Source of the DNA: Vicugna vicugna
Lineage: Eukaryota
Length of the DNA stretch: 64,000 nt
Reading direction: 5' to 3'
Assembly: GCA_013265495.1 (NCBI GenBank)
Contig: MU058065.1
Span: forward strand, 3,389,003-3,453,002
Part shown: piece by piece, positions 39,701 to 53,080 of the stretch
Position numbering within the stretch: position 1 is the first letter of the stretch
Layout of the letters: every line of letters starts with the position of its first letter
The notes under the pieces: model-generated
Told to the model about the DNA's origin: nothing
Seen by the model: only the letters and a program-made list of their open reading frames with translations
The model's database searches: none
Made by a program: the position numbers and the translations under genes

Positions 39701-41789
39701 CTCTCCTGACCATCAGCTGAAGTGATAACAGAAGACGAACAGGATAATCAAACACACTTTAATTTCTGAACTGCCCGTGTTACCTCTAAGTTCTAGAGTC
39801 TTAAATGCTATAGCTTTTATAATTTTTTTAATTGTTGATGTTATGCCCCATTAAAATACCAGTGTATTACTTGGTTAATAAATACTTGTGGAGCCTTCTT
39901 AATCCACATTCTAGTCACGAACTGAGTTGATTAACCATGGTAAATACCATTTGTATAAATGAGGAAATTGGTATTTGTGAATTTGCTGAACACTAGAAAG
40001 AATGCTAGAGAATCCTTTTAGTTGTTTTACAGACTGCTTCCACACAAGTGAGCTTTTAATTCATAAAAGCCAGGAACTTGTCCTTTTTTTTTTTTTTAAG
40101 TGACTACAAACTCTCCTAACCCGGCTTGAAATTTCAACTTCTTTTTCTATCCTTGGTTAACGTTCACCTTGGTGGTTAGCATCAAGGAATAGCGCAGCTG
40201 GGCCTGTTTCGATGTTACTCACCTATGAACAATATACATCACCTACGTCTCGTGGACTTCCACAAGAAAGTGGCTTTGCCACTGAATCAGGTGCTGGGTT
40301 CCTGGAATCACGGCCACGTCACAGAGTCAGCAGGCAGGAGCCCCACGCCACCTGCTAGTGCATCACAGCTAAAGCTCTAGTCTTTTGCGGTGTGAAACGA
40401 AGATATTTTGTTGTTGTTGTTATTCAAGTCAACAAAATTTTACCTTACAAATTCATTTATTTTCTTTGACTTGAAAAGAAAATACTTCTAAGCTCTCTCT
40501 TTATCACGGGCTGGAGGCCTAAAACCTACATTTCCCCGACTCACTCTTCCTGGCAGAGTCAAGGTTTAGATTCCTCCCACGACAGAGGCTGGCGTGATGT
40601 TTGAAGGTGAGAGAAGAGCGGAAGCCATTTCCCTCCCGCAGCAGCAGCAGCCGGACATGTGGTTTGGCATTGGCTTCTGGGCATCTTGCTGTGAATCACC
40701 CACTTCCTGTGACCCCCCACAGGATCCTCTGATTCCTGTATTTCCTGATTACCTAAATGCCACTAGTGGGTTCCCTCTGTCCCCATTCTTTTTTTTTTGA
40801 CTCATCAGGGTTTATTGCATCTAGACCTAGGGCCAGCCAAACTGAAAATCAAACCCCCGCAAAATCAAACTCCAAATGTCATTGGGAACCAGGTGTTTCA
40901 GAGTCCCCACGATACCCAGCAGGCCACAGGGGGGCTCCTCTGTGAGACCAGCTCCCTGGGGTGCCCTGACACTTTGCACTTCCTGCTCCCAGGCCAGGTG
41001 CTGTCTCGGTGGCTGTCACTTTGAGAATCAAGACTGCCAGCCACCTCCGTGTAGTTGATTCATGGGAAAACAGACAATGCCATTGGACCTCAAACTGTCC
41101 CATGTCCCAGCCAAGTAACTGCTCAGGTGGGGATCCAAGGATGTGCCAGTTGCCATGGGCCTCCCCCAGGGGCCATTGTGCCTATGGGCAGAGGATCAGG
41201 GCCGGAGGCCCGGCCTCCATTAGTGCAGTCTATGGGGCAAGGACAGGAGGTCCCGGGCTCAGAGCAGGCAACCCAGGCAGATGCCCCAGGTTGGGACTCA
41301 GACCTAAACCAATGGCGATTCCTCAAACCCTGTTGCCTGAAGGAGGCATGACCCTCCTGGGAAAGTTAAAAACTGGGTGGGGGGCAACAGAGGGGAAGAC
41401 TCCATCCTAGACAGAGTCTGGAACAGGGATAACACTCTTGGGAGAAGGATCCTCCCCAGCGGGTGGCCCTGGGGCCAGAGTCATATCACCTGGGAAGTGA
41501 CAGTGAGGGCAGGAAAGGCGGTGTGGGCAGGGCAGGGCGAGGCTGTATTTGTAGCCACAGCTCAGCAGGAGGCTGGTCTCACTGGGGACAGGGCGGGAGG
41601 CCAGGCCTCTTTCCAACAGCGGCTGGAGCTTCCCCGACCCTGAGCAGAGACTTGGAACAGCAAGGGGTGGGCTGGGTCTGGCTCTGAGACCAGTGGGGAC
41701 TGGATCAATAGACCGATGTTCCCCATTCTTTCAATGGATAATGAACTTCTAATCTCTCTTTCTTTCTACTTCAGATAATACTTAGAGTA

Positions 41790-42110
41790 GTATATTAGTC
41801 AGTGTTCTCCAAGGAAACAGAACCTATGGGATGGATAGATAGATAGGTAGATAGACAGACAGGTATTCCAGTGCTGTCCAAGGCCATTTGGCCATTCATA
41901 TTATTTATAAACAGCCAGATATAGATATAAATCTATATCCCTGTATCTATATCACAAGATTTATTGTAAGGAATTGGCGTGATTATGGAGGTTGGAGAGT
42001 CCCCAGATCTACAGGGTGAGTCACCAAGCTGGTGACCCAGGAGAGCCAGTGCTACAGTTCCAGTCTGAGTCACAAGGCCTAAGAACCAGAAGCAGAAATG
42101 ATGTAAACTG
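41790..42110. mobile_element. MLT2-type (ERVL) LTR fragment with (GATA)n tract
   Basis: TATTAGTCAGTGTTCTCCAAGGAAACAGAACC...GATTTATTGTAAGGAATTGGC...CCCAGGAGAGCC...TCCAGTCTGAGTC. Confidence 0.75.
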
Positions 42111-44629
42111 GCACTTTGCAAACATTATCGCTAATCATCACAGCAACTGAAAAGTTTGGAAAAGTTACTTTTACCCTCTTTGACAGATGAGAAAACTGGG
42201 ATTTGGAAAGGCTCAATCACTTGTTATAAAATATAACTTTAATCCATTATTAACTAGCATTGTCAGCTCACTAGTGGTCTGACCATAGAAGAACAATCAT
42301 GTAATTTAGGACATTAAACAGCTTTTTTTTTTCCCATTAAGCTCCTGTTGGGGAGAAATCTCATTTGATCTCCTTACCCAGTAGTCCCCTATGGAATTAC
42401 TGGGAAGACCAACATTATATGCTGAACTGGCAAACAGCTTTTAGCACAGAGTGAAGAAGGCAGAATGGAACTAGTCTCTTCGGAAGGGATGTCAGGCTGG
42501 ATGGTCTGCTCTCCTCCCCAGCTCGTTTCCAACTCCATCTGGGATGCGGGGCTCTTTGTACATTTAGTGACCCTGCCCCTGGTCTGTTAACACATTCTCT
42601 CTGTGTTCTTCAAGGCCATTCTGATTCTAAGGTCTACAAAAACCATATGACAGAATTCTGAGTCCTTGTTGTTCAGAGCAGACAAAGAAAACAACAGCAA
42701 CAAAACAGGATGCAATTCAAGGCTGAATTGTTCGGCACCAGCTAAATGAACGCTGTTTTAATGCTTTAAGGATAGAAAGTTGAAAAGAGACATCAACATA
42801 GCCCTTGTCCTCCGTGAATAGTGTGTGAGAGGATACGGGCAGATAAGGTAATGATGGTATAGACAAGGTGTGGTCTAAGGTGAGGCAATGGGGGAGTAAG
42901 GCAGGTGAAAATTAATGATGGCTAGGGGACAAAAGAAAGCGTGAGGGAGGAGGCTGGATTTGAGAAGACCTGTCTGTGGTGGGAAAGACCCTGATGAACA
43001 GAGATGACAGAAGAATATAATGGACAAACAACAGAAAACATTGCTCAAAGTATGGGTTGTAGTCAGGGAGCCATGTGATGTCAGAGATTGAGGGACGAGA
43101 TGATAACAAAACGACCAGACCACAGTCCGGTCTGCAAAGGGAGCCACTGCCAGGCTGTATGTGGATGAAACTGAACCAACAAATTATTTTGTTCCAGCTA
43201 ATTGTCCATTATTTTTCTAGTTAGTAAATTTAATTATGAAGATAGACTGATAAAATTTTGCCAAGTACTAATTGACAACAAAAGATGTTATTCAGCCCTA
43301 GTGCAGTTACTAAACTGTAGTTATTGGGTTAAAAATCATGAAAGCAGGACCAATTATTTTAAGAGCGAGGGTATATCTTCATGTACTGATTAAATATTTT
43401 GAAGAAGAAGAATTCTATTATGTTCAGCAACCAGTGTCACTGGATATTGGTCACATAAATGGAGTATTTTTATTTTAATACAAGTAATTGTGAGCTTGGT
43501 TCAATCACAGCTAAGAACACCCTGAAGAATATCTGTGGCCATGGTTGTAATAACAGACCACTTTATCTTGGCTACCAGGCCAAGTATTCCCCCATTTGAA
43601 GAATATACGCAAAGTTTCAATGTGGCAGGGGAAGGAAAAGCTAGTGGAAATGTGAGATCTGATAATCAAGTGGAGCAGATGATATTAGAGACATAGCACG
43701 GATTTATATCCTCAAAATAGCTCCTGGCCACAGGGACCGTTGGTTTAACACAGTAAGACCAGATTCACCTTACGGCGTCTATAATTCAGGATAAGACAAC
43801 ACCGGGTGAACACGGCTCAGTCTTGCTGCTCCAACCATTGGCAGGTATTCTCCCCTCTGAAGATAGAGTCTTTCTTTAAATGAGCCATCGACATCAACAA
43901 GACTCTTGTGGGGCTCGCTGCTACTACTGTTGACTTGAGAGTTTCCTTGTAGGTATTATTGTGAATGTAGAAAGCAGACAGAATAGTGTGATGAGTCTCC
44001 CATGTGCCTATTATCTCACCGCATCAGCACTGCTGCATGGCCCGTGCTGTCCCATCGTACCCCCATCTGCTTCCCTCCATCCCATGTTATTTTAAAGCAC
44101 ATCCCAGACATCATATCACCTGTACATATTTCAGGATATCTTTCAGAGATAAAGGAATTAAAAATAACCGCAGTCCTATCATCACAAATAATAATTCCTG
44201 AGAGATTAAGGTAATTCAGTGAAAGGCATCATATCCAGGAGAATATAATCCTCTTAGACCAAAGTACCAATTTGTATTTAAAAAAATAAAGTATTCATTT
44301 ACAGTGAAAAACGAAATTATAAATCTCATGGTTCCAGAAACCCAAGGGCTACACCTCGACCCTCTTTTCGTGCCTGCCTCTTGCCAAAGATGTTTACTAT
44401 CCCAGCTTCCCGTGAGGCTGCAGGACCCGTATGTCCCAATCCTGAGCAATGAGATGTAACAGGAAGCCTGCCAAGCTTCTCCTGGAAATGCGTTTGCTCC
44501 CTGGTCAAAGGAGAGATGGCGGAGGGGCCAGCTTCCTCTTAGCTGCACTGAAGGCAGGTGTGTGAGAATGTGATGCCAGGAACCTGTTTATCCACCCTGC
44601 TACCAACAGGGGAAAGTCAAGAGAGCCAC

Positions 44630-45080
44630 TGACGTGGATAGACCACATGTGGTGTCTCCATACATGGAATATTATTCAGCATTAAAAAGGGATGAAGGAC
44701 TGATTCGTGTACAACATGGCTGAACCTTGAAAACCTTACGAAAGGTGAAAGCAGCCAGACTAAAACCCTCACATATTATATGATTCCATTTATATGAAAT
44801 GTACAGAATAGGCACATCTATAGAGACAGAATGTAGCTTGGTGGTTGTCTAGGACTGTAGGAGGAAAGGAGACGTTGGGGTATGACTGCCAGTGGGTACC
44901 CGGCTTCTTTGGGGGGATGATGAAGATGTTCCAAAATTAGATTATGGTGATATTGCAAGACTCTGTGAATATATTATAAACCAATGAGCTGTACACTTTA
45001 AACAGGTGAACTTTATGGTGTGTATATTATATTTCAATACAGCTGTGAAAAAAAAAAACTAAAAAAAAAAAGAAAAAAAG
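44630..45080 (+). mobile_element. L1MB-like 3' end with poly(A), nested in an MLT1-like LTR (~44320-45245)
   Basis: ATGGAATATTATTCAGCATTAAAAAGG...GATTCCATTTATATGAAATG...TATATTTCAATACAGCTG followed by an A-rich tail. Confidence 0.8.
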
Positions 45081-45754
45081 AAACAGAATCACGAAACACC
45101 AGCCCAGGTCCCTGGGCTGCTGAGCTGGTGTCTACAACAGTTCACCTACAAACAGCTTGTTTGTGGGGGGAAAAAAATCCTGGCTTTTAAAAACCACTGT
45201 TAGTCAGATTTTCTGTCTTACACTCAAAAGTATTCATAACTAACATACCGTAATTTTTCATTCTACTAATATTTATCTAATGCATATTATATGGCAGATA
45301 CAGTGCTAGATATTGGAGAAACCAAAGGGTCAACATTCATTGCATTCCCACAAGGTGCCAGGCGATTTATATACTTTATCATTGATGCCTGGAGAGAATG
45401 ACCTTTCCCTTCAAAGCACATCCAGCCTTGGAGGATTGTTTCTCCGCAGTGGCTCACGGCCCACACACCTCCTAGTCCTCACATGGTCCTGTTTAAAAAG
45501 GCAAATTGCTGGCTTCATCGTAGACTTGCTAAATCAGACCCACTGGGAATAAATCATTGGCTAATACTCTACAAAGGTAGTCATAAACATACTGCACCTC
45601 ATGAAGTTTTCAGTGTAAATCAAAAATGACTGAAATACACAAATATGAATGGAACTTCTGACAGCAGAGCAAAAACATCACAAGGACCCTGTGGTAGGAA
45701 AATCAGGGAGTTTAAAAACAATGTGTGAGGCTCAGTGTCTGCACTCAAGAAGAT

Positions 45755-46465
45755 GCAGGAGGCAGAATTCTCAGACAGCCCCCAGGGTTCCTAGCCATGT
45801 CCCCTTCTCCCACGTACACACACCTTCTCCCAACTTTTCAACCAAATGCTAGTCTAGATACTACTGGGAAGGGATTTTGCAGATGTAGTTAAGTTTGCAA
45901 ATCAGTTCACCTTAAGATGGGAGATTAACCTAGTAGGCCTGACCTAATCACATAAACCCTTCAAATCAGGATCTAAGGGAGAGAGACACAGGAAGTCAGC
46001 GATTTGAAAGACAGGGGGGATCTGGTGTGAGAGAAGTCCTCCACTGCTGGGTTGAAGGTGAAGGAGGCAAGGAATGTGGGTGGTCTCTGGGAGCTGAAAG
46101 CAGCTTCTGGTTTATGACCAACAAGTGAATGGGGACCTCAGTCCTACAACTGCGTTCTGCTACAACCACCTGAGCTTGAAAGAGGACTCTGAGGTGCAGA
46201 AAGGAATGCAGACCACATGACATTTTTTTTTTTTTAAATGAGGGTACTGGGGATTGAACTCAGGACCCCATGCATGCTAAGCACATGCTCTACCACTGAG
46301 CTATACCTTCTCCTACCCAGATGACATCTTGATCTCAACCCTTAGCAGAGTATTTAGTTCAGCACTGTCCAGACTCCTGACCCTTAGGAACTATGAGATA
46401 ACAAATTCATGTTCTTTTGAACTAAGTTTGCAGTAATTTGTGTGCAGTAATAGAAAACTAACAGA
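45755..46465 (+). mobile_element. MLT1 (MLT1E-like) solo LTR interrupted by a SINE
   Basis: GGGATTTTGCAGATGTAGTTAAG...GGGGACCTCAGTCCTACAAC...CTAAGTTTGCAGTAATTTGTGTGCAGTAATAGAAAACTAA. Confidence 0.8.
46224..46316 (-). mobile_element. Camelid-type tRNA-derived SINE inserted into an MLT1 LTR
   Basis: Reverse-complement A/B boxes with poly(T) at the left. TSD-like CCACATGACAT (46213-46223) / CCAGATGACAT (46317-46327). Confidence 0.85.
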
Positions 46466-47240
46466 GACGGGAACTTGGGTAATAAGATATATTATATAAA
46501 GAGAGTTGGCAAAGCAAGCAATTAATGAAATAGAGAAAAGGAAGAGCCAGGAAGGATCTTCCCTATAGCAAAGTACTCGCTTCCTTTAATTAAATACATT
46601 TAAGGGTGGTGCCAGGAAGGCATGCTTTTGGCTGCAAATAGTGGAACACTAAGAACTAGTATTGAGTTTTGAGTAGCACAAGCAATTTTTCTCTCAGAGC
46701 TAGTGTGATTACTCAGTGACGCTGGCATAAATCCTTTCTATCTTTTTGAATCCCTGCCATTTAAAATTGGTTGGCTTTTTGTCCTCAGGTGTCGCAGTCA
46801 TAAGATGGCTGCTGCACCTCCAGGCACCACATGCTTTCAGGTCAGGAAGAAAGGGTTAGGCAAAGGGTTTTGCAAGCTGAGTCTGATGTTTTACATGGAG
46901 GAAGCAAAATATTTTCTGAAAGCCCCACTCAGAAGATTCACTTACATTTTCATAGCCAGATCTGGATTGAGATGCGCGGCCACTCCTAGAGCCATACTGG
47001 CCAAGGTCAATGAGATTAGCACCACTGCTTTAGACCAACCACAGTCCTTCTCTTTGCATTGGGGTAGAGATCCTGGTCACCACCTGAAGACATCCATCAG
47101 ATGCCCCTTCACAAGAGGGGGCAGAGGCAAGAAAGCTATCAGGAGGCAACAGTTGGTGTCTCCCACAGTTGGAAAGGGACTTTCATTATTCAAATATTTA
47201 TTGAGCTCCTATTAGAGCACGGCCCAGGGTTTACAAAGAT

Positions 47241-47312
47241 GGTGTGTGAGCGTGTGTGTGTGCACGCATGTGCATGTGCATGCACGTGTACATGTGGGTG
47301 TGTGTTTGGTGT
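47241..47312 (+). repeat. (TG)n/(TGCA)n alternating purine-pyrimidine tract
   Basis: GTGTGTGAGCGTGTGTGTGTGCACGCATGTGCATGTGCATGCACGTGTACATGTG. Confidence 0.8.
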
Positions 47313-47501
47313 GGGAGAAGGACACAGGCATGCAAACCATAATTATAGCGGGAAGTGCTTTATTTTCAAAACGTAAAGTCCCTCCTTGTTTTGATTTTTT
47401 TTTTTTTTGGACTGGTGTACTCCTTATCATAGATACATTGGGTGAATCACTAAAACAACAATAACAGGCCCTAAGAAAGCATATATTGATTTGTGCTTTT
47501 A

Positions 47502-49444
47502 TTTTTTAATTTTTTAATTTAATTTAATTTTGTTTTACTTTTTTTTATTAAGTGATAGTCATTTTACAATGTTATGTCAAATTCTAGCATAGAGCACAAT
47601 TTTTCAGTTACACATGAACATATATATATTCATTGTCACATTTTTTTTCACTGTGAGCTACCACAAGATCTTGTATATATTTCCCTGTGCTATACACTAT
47701 AATCTTATTTATCTATTCTGCATTTTAAAATCCCAGTCTGTCCCTTCCCACCCCCCATCCCCTTGGCAACCACAAGTTTGTATCCTATGTCTATGAGTCT
47801 GTTTCTGTTTTGTATTTATTTATTTATTTTTAGATTCCTCATATAAGCCATCTCATATGGTATTTTTCTTTCTCTTTCTGGCTTACTTCACTTAGAATGA
47901 CATTCTCCAGGAGCATCCATGTTGCTGCAAATGGCATTATGTTGTTGGTTTTTATGGCTGAATAGTATTCCATTGTATAAGTATACCACTTCTTCTTTAT
48001 CCAGGCATCTGTTAATGGACATTTAGGCTGCTTCCATGTCTTGGCTATTGTAAATAGTGCTGCTATGAACATTGGGGTGCAGGTGTCATTTTGAAGTAGG
48101 GTTCCTTCTGGATATATGCCCGGGAGCAGGATTCCTGGGTCATATGGTAAGTCTATTCCTAGTCTTTTGAGGAATCTCCACACTGTTTTCCACAGTGGCT
48201 TTCCTTGCTTCCCTCTCCCACTTTTAATGATTTAGATGTCTTCTTTTACAATTTTGTGTTTATTCTTTTTGTAATTCATGGCAGTTATCTCCTTTCCAGT
48301 TATAAGTTTCTCATTTTTGTAGCATCCTGCTTCTTTTCTATTTAGAGTAGACCTGTCAATATTTCTTTCAGCATGGGTTTAGTGTCGCTAAATTCTTTTA
48401 GTTTTTGCTTGTCTGTGAAGTTCTTTATCTCTCTTTCTATTTTAAAGGCTAGCCTTGCTGGATAGAGTATCCTAGGCAGCAACTTTTTTTCATGCAGGAC
48501 TTTGAATATATCTTGCCACTCCCTTCTGGCCTGTAGTGTTTGTGTAGAAAAATCAGCTAAGAGCCTTATGGGGGTTCCCTTGTAACTCACTCTTTACTTT
48601 TCTCTTGCTGCCTTTAGGATTATTTCTTTATCCTTGACTCTGGCCATCTTGATTATGATATGTCTTGGTGTGGGTCTGTTTGGGTTCTCCCTGTTTGGGG
48701 CCCTCTGAGCCTCCTGTACTTGGATATCTGATTCCATTAGGTTTGGGAAGTTTTCAGTCATGATTTCTTCAAAAACCTTTTCAATCCCCTTTGTTTTTTC
48801 TTTCCCTTTCTGGAACCCCTATTATGCATAGATTGGCACGCTTTATATTATCCCATAGGTCCCTTATATTGTTTTCATTGTTTTTTATGTGTTTTTCTCT
48901 CAGCTGTTCTGATTGAGTGCTTTCTGTTGTCCTGTCCTCTAGGTCACCTATTCATTCCTCTGCATTGTCTAGCCTGCTTTGTACAGCCTGCAGGTCAGCT
49001 CTCATCTCAGCAAATGAGTTTGCTAATTCTACTTGGTTCTTATTTATAGCTTCTATTTCATTTTTGACATTTTATATCTCTAAACACTATTTCTTTTAGT
49101 TCCTTCAGTACTTTGATCACTCCTTTTTTGAAATCTTGATCTAGTAGGCCATCAATGTCTATTTCCTTGATCAGGCTTTCAGGGGATTTCTCTTGATCTT
49201 TTGATTGGGAGTGGTTCCTCTGCTTCTTCATATTGCTTGTATCTCTCTGGCACTGTGGCTTAAGGAGTATCAGTTATCTAGTTCTCCTGGAGACGGTGTG
49301 CTCTTAATGATTTTATCGAGAGGTCTTTGTGTCTTCGCCCTGTTTTGCAAACTCAGCTTGCTGTTTCCAGAGGCCCTCTGTTGGCGCCCTCGTCTGTGCT
49401 GCTCCCAGTGGCTGCCAGCTAGCAGATAGTACCCCCTCCTAACA
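47502..49444 (-). mobile_element. L1 insertion: partial 5'UTR, disrupted ORF1 (49231-48342), inter-ORF, then ORF2 C-terminus and 3'UTR (most of ORF2 missing)
   Basis: ORF track gives the ORF1p C-terminus (YKGTPIRLLADFS...ARREWQDIF...RILYPARL) and the ORF2p C-terminus (LPYDPGI...TCTPMFIAALFTIAKTWKQPKCP) only ~160 bp apart. TSD TGTGCTTTTA at 47492-47501 and 49445-49454. Confidence 0.92.
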
Positions 49445-50559
49445 TGTGCTTTTAAAAAGGAGAAAATGTTTTAATTGGTAGAAGACATATTCAAAGTAAA
49501 CTTCTAAGAACCACTGAACTAAATATCGATCAATACCTTGGACTAAATCTAGATGAGAGATGTAGTTCTCACTTACAGTGCAAAAATGATGGACCCATAA
49601 ATGTGCAATCCTTTCCAAATGAGGTGTTGCAATCTGTCTCTGTTTTGGGGGAATGGAAACTCTGAATTTTAATACAGTTTACACGTGATTCTCAGGTGTT
49701 CTACTCATTTAAATGTGCTCCACTTATTTTGAAATACTTGGGATACATACATATCTTTTTCAGATATTTAGCCTTTGTTCACCAACTTCATTCTTGTGAA
49801 GTGCCTTTATGGGAACAAATCTTTTTTCTCCAACTATAATTTGATAATATGGAATCTGACAGGAGTTTATTGATATTAGAGAAATTAATTTAGGAATAAA
49901 TTGTCCTGATGTAAACTTGACTTTAAGCATCATGATAACCAGTTTTGCACAGCATAATTAACCACATGGGCTTGGACTTTTCAAGCACCATGGTCACTAG
50001 AGATGTAGTATAAGAGTCCTGCTAATGTGCTTTTGTACCCTATGATTTATTTTTAAAGGTTTTGGACAAATAGAACTCTTTATTACAATAGCTGAGCATA
50101 AGCACTGGGTGGTACTGTGAAGGTACCTAGCTTCGCTAACTGCATCATTTTGCCTTCTCTCCACTGTGCTGAGCCCTGCCTTACTCTCTAGGCCAAGCCC
50201 TGGTCCCAAAGAGAGGAATCAGCATCAAGACTGACACAGTTTTGATGCTGGTTCACATATGCCTTTAAAGACTACATCACATCAGTGCCGTGCTTAGTTC
50301 TGCTGGCCCCATCTCCCAAGGACTGGGCTTCCAGCCTAGCCCTGTCTGCAGCTCTGATCTCACCAGATGCAGATTCATCTGTGCATTTGAATTTTCTCTT
50401 TTGTAAAAGTAATAACCTATTTTTTTTTAAAGCTGGGGTTTTGTCCTGAGTAATTCATGCACAGAGGTAAAAAATATCCCACAACTTATATAACTAGCCC
50501 ACAACTGGGCGCTTAGGCTTGTTTCTAGTGTTTTCTCTCAGAAACCAGTCTGCAGTGAG

Positions 50560-51270
50560 CATCCTACTGATTCATTCTGGTACAGAGCTTCTCTTAATGT
50601 CTCTGGGAAAAGCTCTTGGGAGTGGACTAGATGGGCCAAAGGTAGTGCATTTTTACTTTTGAAAGATGTTCCAAAAGTATCCTGCAGAGAGATGTCACCA
50701 ATTTCAAGTCCTTCTAAGATATGAAACTCGTTTCCCACTTGATCATTGATACTGAGCATTTCAATATGTTAACTATTTGCCTGTGTGGTAGGTGAAAAAG
50801 GCATCTCATTACTTTAATTTGCTTCTTTATAATCATAAATGTTTATTGCCCCCCCCCCATTCTAGCTCGTTTGCCATCAACTGCCTTATTATTTTCCTTT
50901 GCTCAACTTTTAATTTTTTCCAAACATTTTTCTTATTTGCTTATGGATTCTTTGTATAGTCACAAAAATGACTTTATCCATCATTACATATGGCAATTTT
51001 TTTCCAGTTGTCATTTAACTTTTTATTGTGATGAGGTCACTTTTGCTATGCAGAATTTTAAAATTTGAAACAATTGTGTTTAGCAATTTTTTCTTCAGGG
51101 AATTAATTTGGATTTTGCAATATGCTCCGAAAGGTCTTCTATATGCCCATATTATTTTTAAAAACGTATCCACATTTTCTTCCAATACTTTGATTATTTC
51201 AATTTTTGAATTTAATATTGATCCATCTGGAATTTATTTTAGTGAAGGGAATGAGATGGGGATTTAACTC
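50560..51270 (-). mobile_element. Very old L1 (L1ME-like) ORF2 remnant
   Basis: GAGTGGACTAGATGGGCCAAAGGTA...GGTGAAAAAGGCATCTCATT...GATCCATCTGGAATTTATTTT. Confidence 0.6.
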
Positions 51271-51685
51271 CCTCTCCCCAGTTTGAACTTATCTATCATC
51301 TTTCTCTATTTTTTGTTATCTGTCAAGAGTGGGGTTTCCATATATTAACTACTAAGGGCAGAAGTTGAGGCCACTAGATGTCAATAAAATGATGTGTTCA
51401 ATTTCTCCTTTCTCTTTCTCCATTTCTTTCCCCTCCTCCCTCTTCCTCTCTGACCCTTTCCTTCTTATTTCCCTTTTCCCTTCCCAACCCCCCTCCTCCA
51501 CTTCCTCCTTTTCTCCACCTCATTAGTCATTGTAAGTAAGAACTGATTTTTGCCTTTATGTTGCAAATTAATGATTCTCAAACTGGAGTGGGATTGGAAG
51601 AAGCACTTCACCCCTGAGAGACTGAGATCTGGGAGAGGGATGGTCATACGTAGATTAAAAATAATGTAAGCAAACAACAACATGC

Positions 51686-53080
51686 TAATAAAATGGACAA
51701 CAGAAGAAATAGACAAATTCCTAGAAATGTACAATCTCACTAGACTAAAGCAGGAAGAAATAGAAAATATGAACAGACCAATTACCAGTAATGAAACTGA
51801 ATCTGTAATTAAAAACTCCCAACAAACAAAAGCCTAGGACCAGATGACTTCACAGGTGAATTCTACCAAGCATTTAGAGAAGGATTAACAACCATCCTTC
51901 TCAAACTATTCCAAAAAATTGCAGAGGAAAGAAAGATGCTTCCAAATTCATTCCACAAGGCCAGCATCACACTGATATCAAAACCAGACAAAGATATCAC
52001 ACACACACGAAAGAGAAATTACAGGCCAAAATCACTGATGAATACAGATGCAAAAATCCTCAACAAAATATTAGCAAGCCAAATCCAACAATACATTAGA
52101 AGTATCATATACAATGATCAAGTGGGATTTATCCCAAGGATAAGTGGATTTTTCAATATCCACAAAATAATCAATGTGATACATCACAGTAACAAACTGA
52201 AGGATAAAAACTACATGATCATCTCAATAGATGTAGGAAAAGCTTTTGACAAAGTTCAACATCCATTTATGATAAAAACTCTCCAGAAAGTGGGCATAGA
52301 GGGAACATACCTCAGCATAATAAAGGCCACATATGACAAGCACACAAGTAATATTCTCAATGGTGAAAAGTTGAGAGCATTTCCTCTAAGATCAGGAACA
52401 AGACAAGGATGGTACTTCTATTTAACATGGTATTGGAAGTCATGGCCACAGCAATCAAACAAGAAAAGGAAATAAAAGGAGTCCAAATTGGAAAGGATGA
52501 AGGAAAACTGTCACTATTTGCAAATGACATGATAGTCTATGTAGAAAATCCTAAAGATGCCACCAGAAAACTACTAGAGCTCATCAATGAATTTGGTACA
52601 GTTGGAGGATAAATTGTATTCTGAAAATCATAAGAAACTGATGAAAGAAATTGAAGATGACATAACAGATAGAAAGATATACCATGTTCTTAGATTGTAA
52701 GACTTAATATTGTTAAAATGGCTGTGGTACCCAAGGTAATCTATAGATTCAATGTAATCCTATAAAAATACCAATGGCATTTTTCACAGAACTACAACAA
52801 ATAATTTAAAATTTATATGGAAACACAAAGAGCCCAAATAGCCAAAATAATCTTGAGAAAGAAGAACAGAGATGGAGGAATCACGCTCCTTAACTCCAGA
52901 CTTTATTACAAAGCTACAGTTATCAAAACAGTATGACAATGACACAAAAACATACACATAGATCTACTGAACAAAACAGAGTCCAGAAATAAACTCACAT
53001 ACTTATGGTCAATTAATCTATGATAAAAGATGCAAGAGTATACAGTGGAGAAAAGACAATCTTTCAATTAGTGGTACTGA
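51686..53080 (+). mobile_element. L1 ORF2 fragment (reverse-transcriptase region), frameshifted
   Basis: ORFs 51936-52475 (LPNSF..ASITLI.KPDKD...[19 protein letters not shown]...DQVGFIP...[10 protein letters not shown]) and 52409-52612 ([11 protein letters not shown], a mutated FADD motif). Confidence 0.95.

Noticed and set aside
51936..52612. Functional reverse-transcriptase gene or novel RT system
   Set aside because: An ordinary L1 ORF2 relic with frameshifts, stops and a mutated catalytic motif (FAND instead of FADD).
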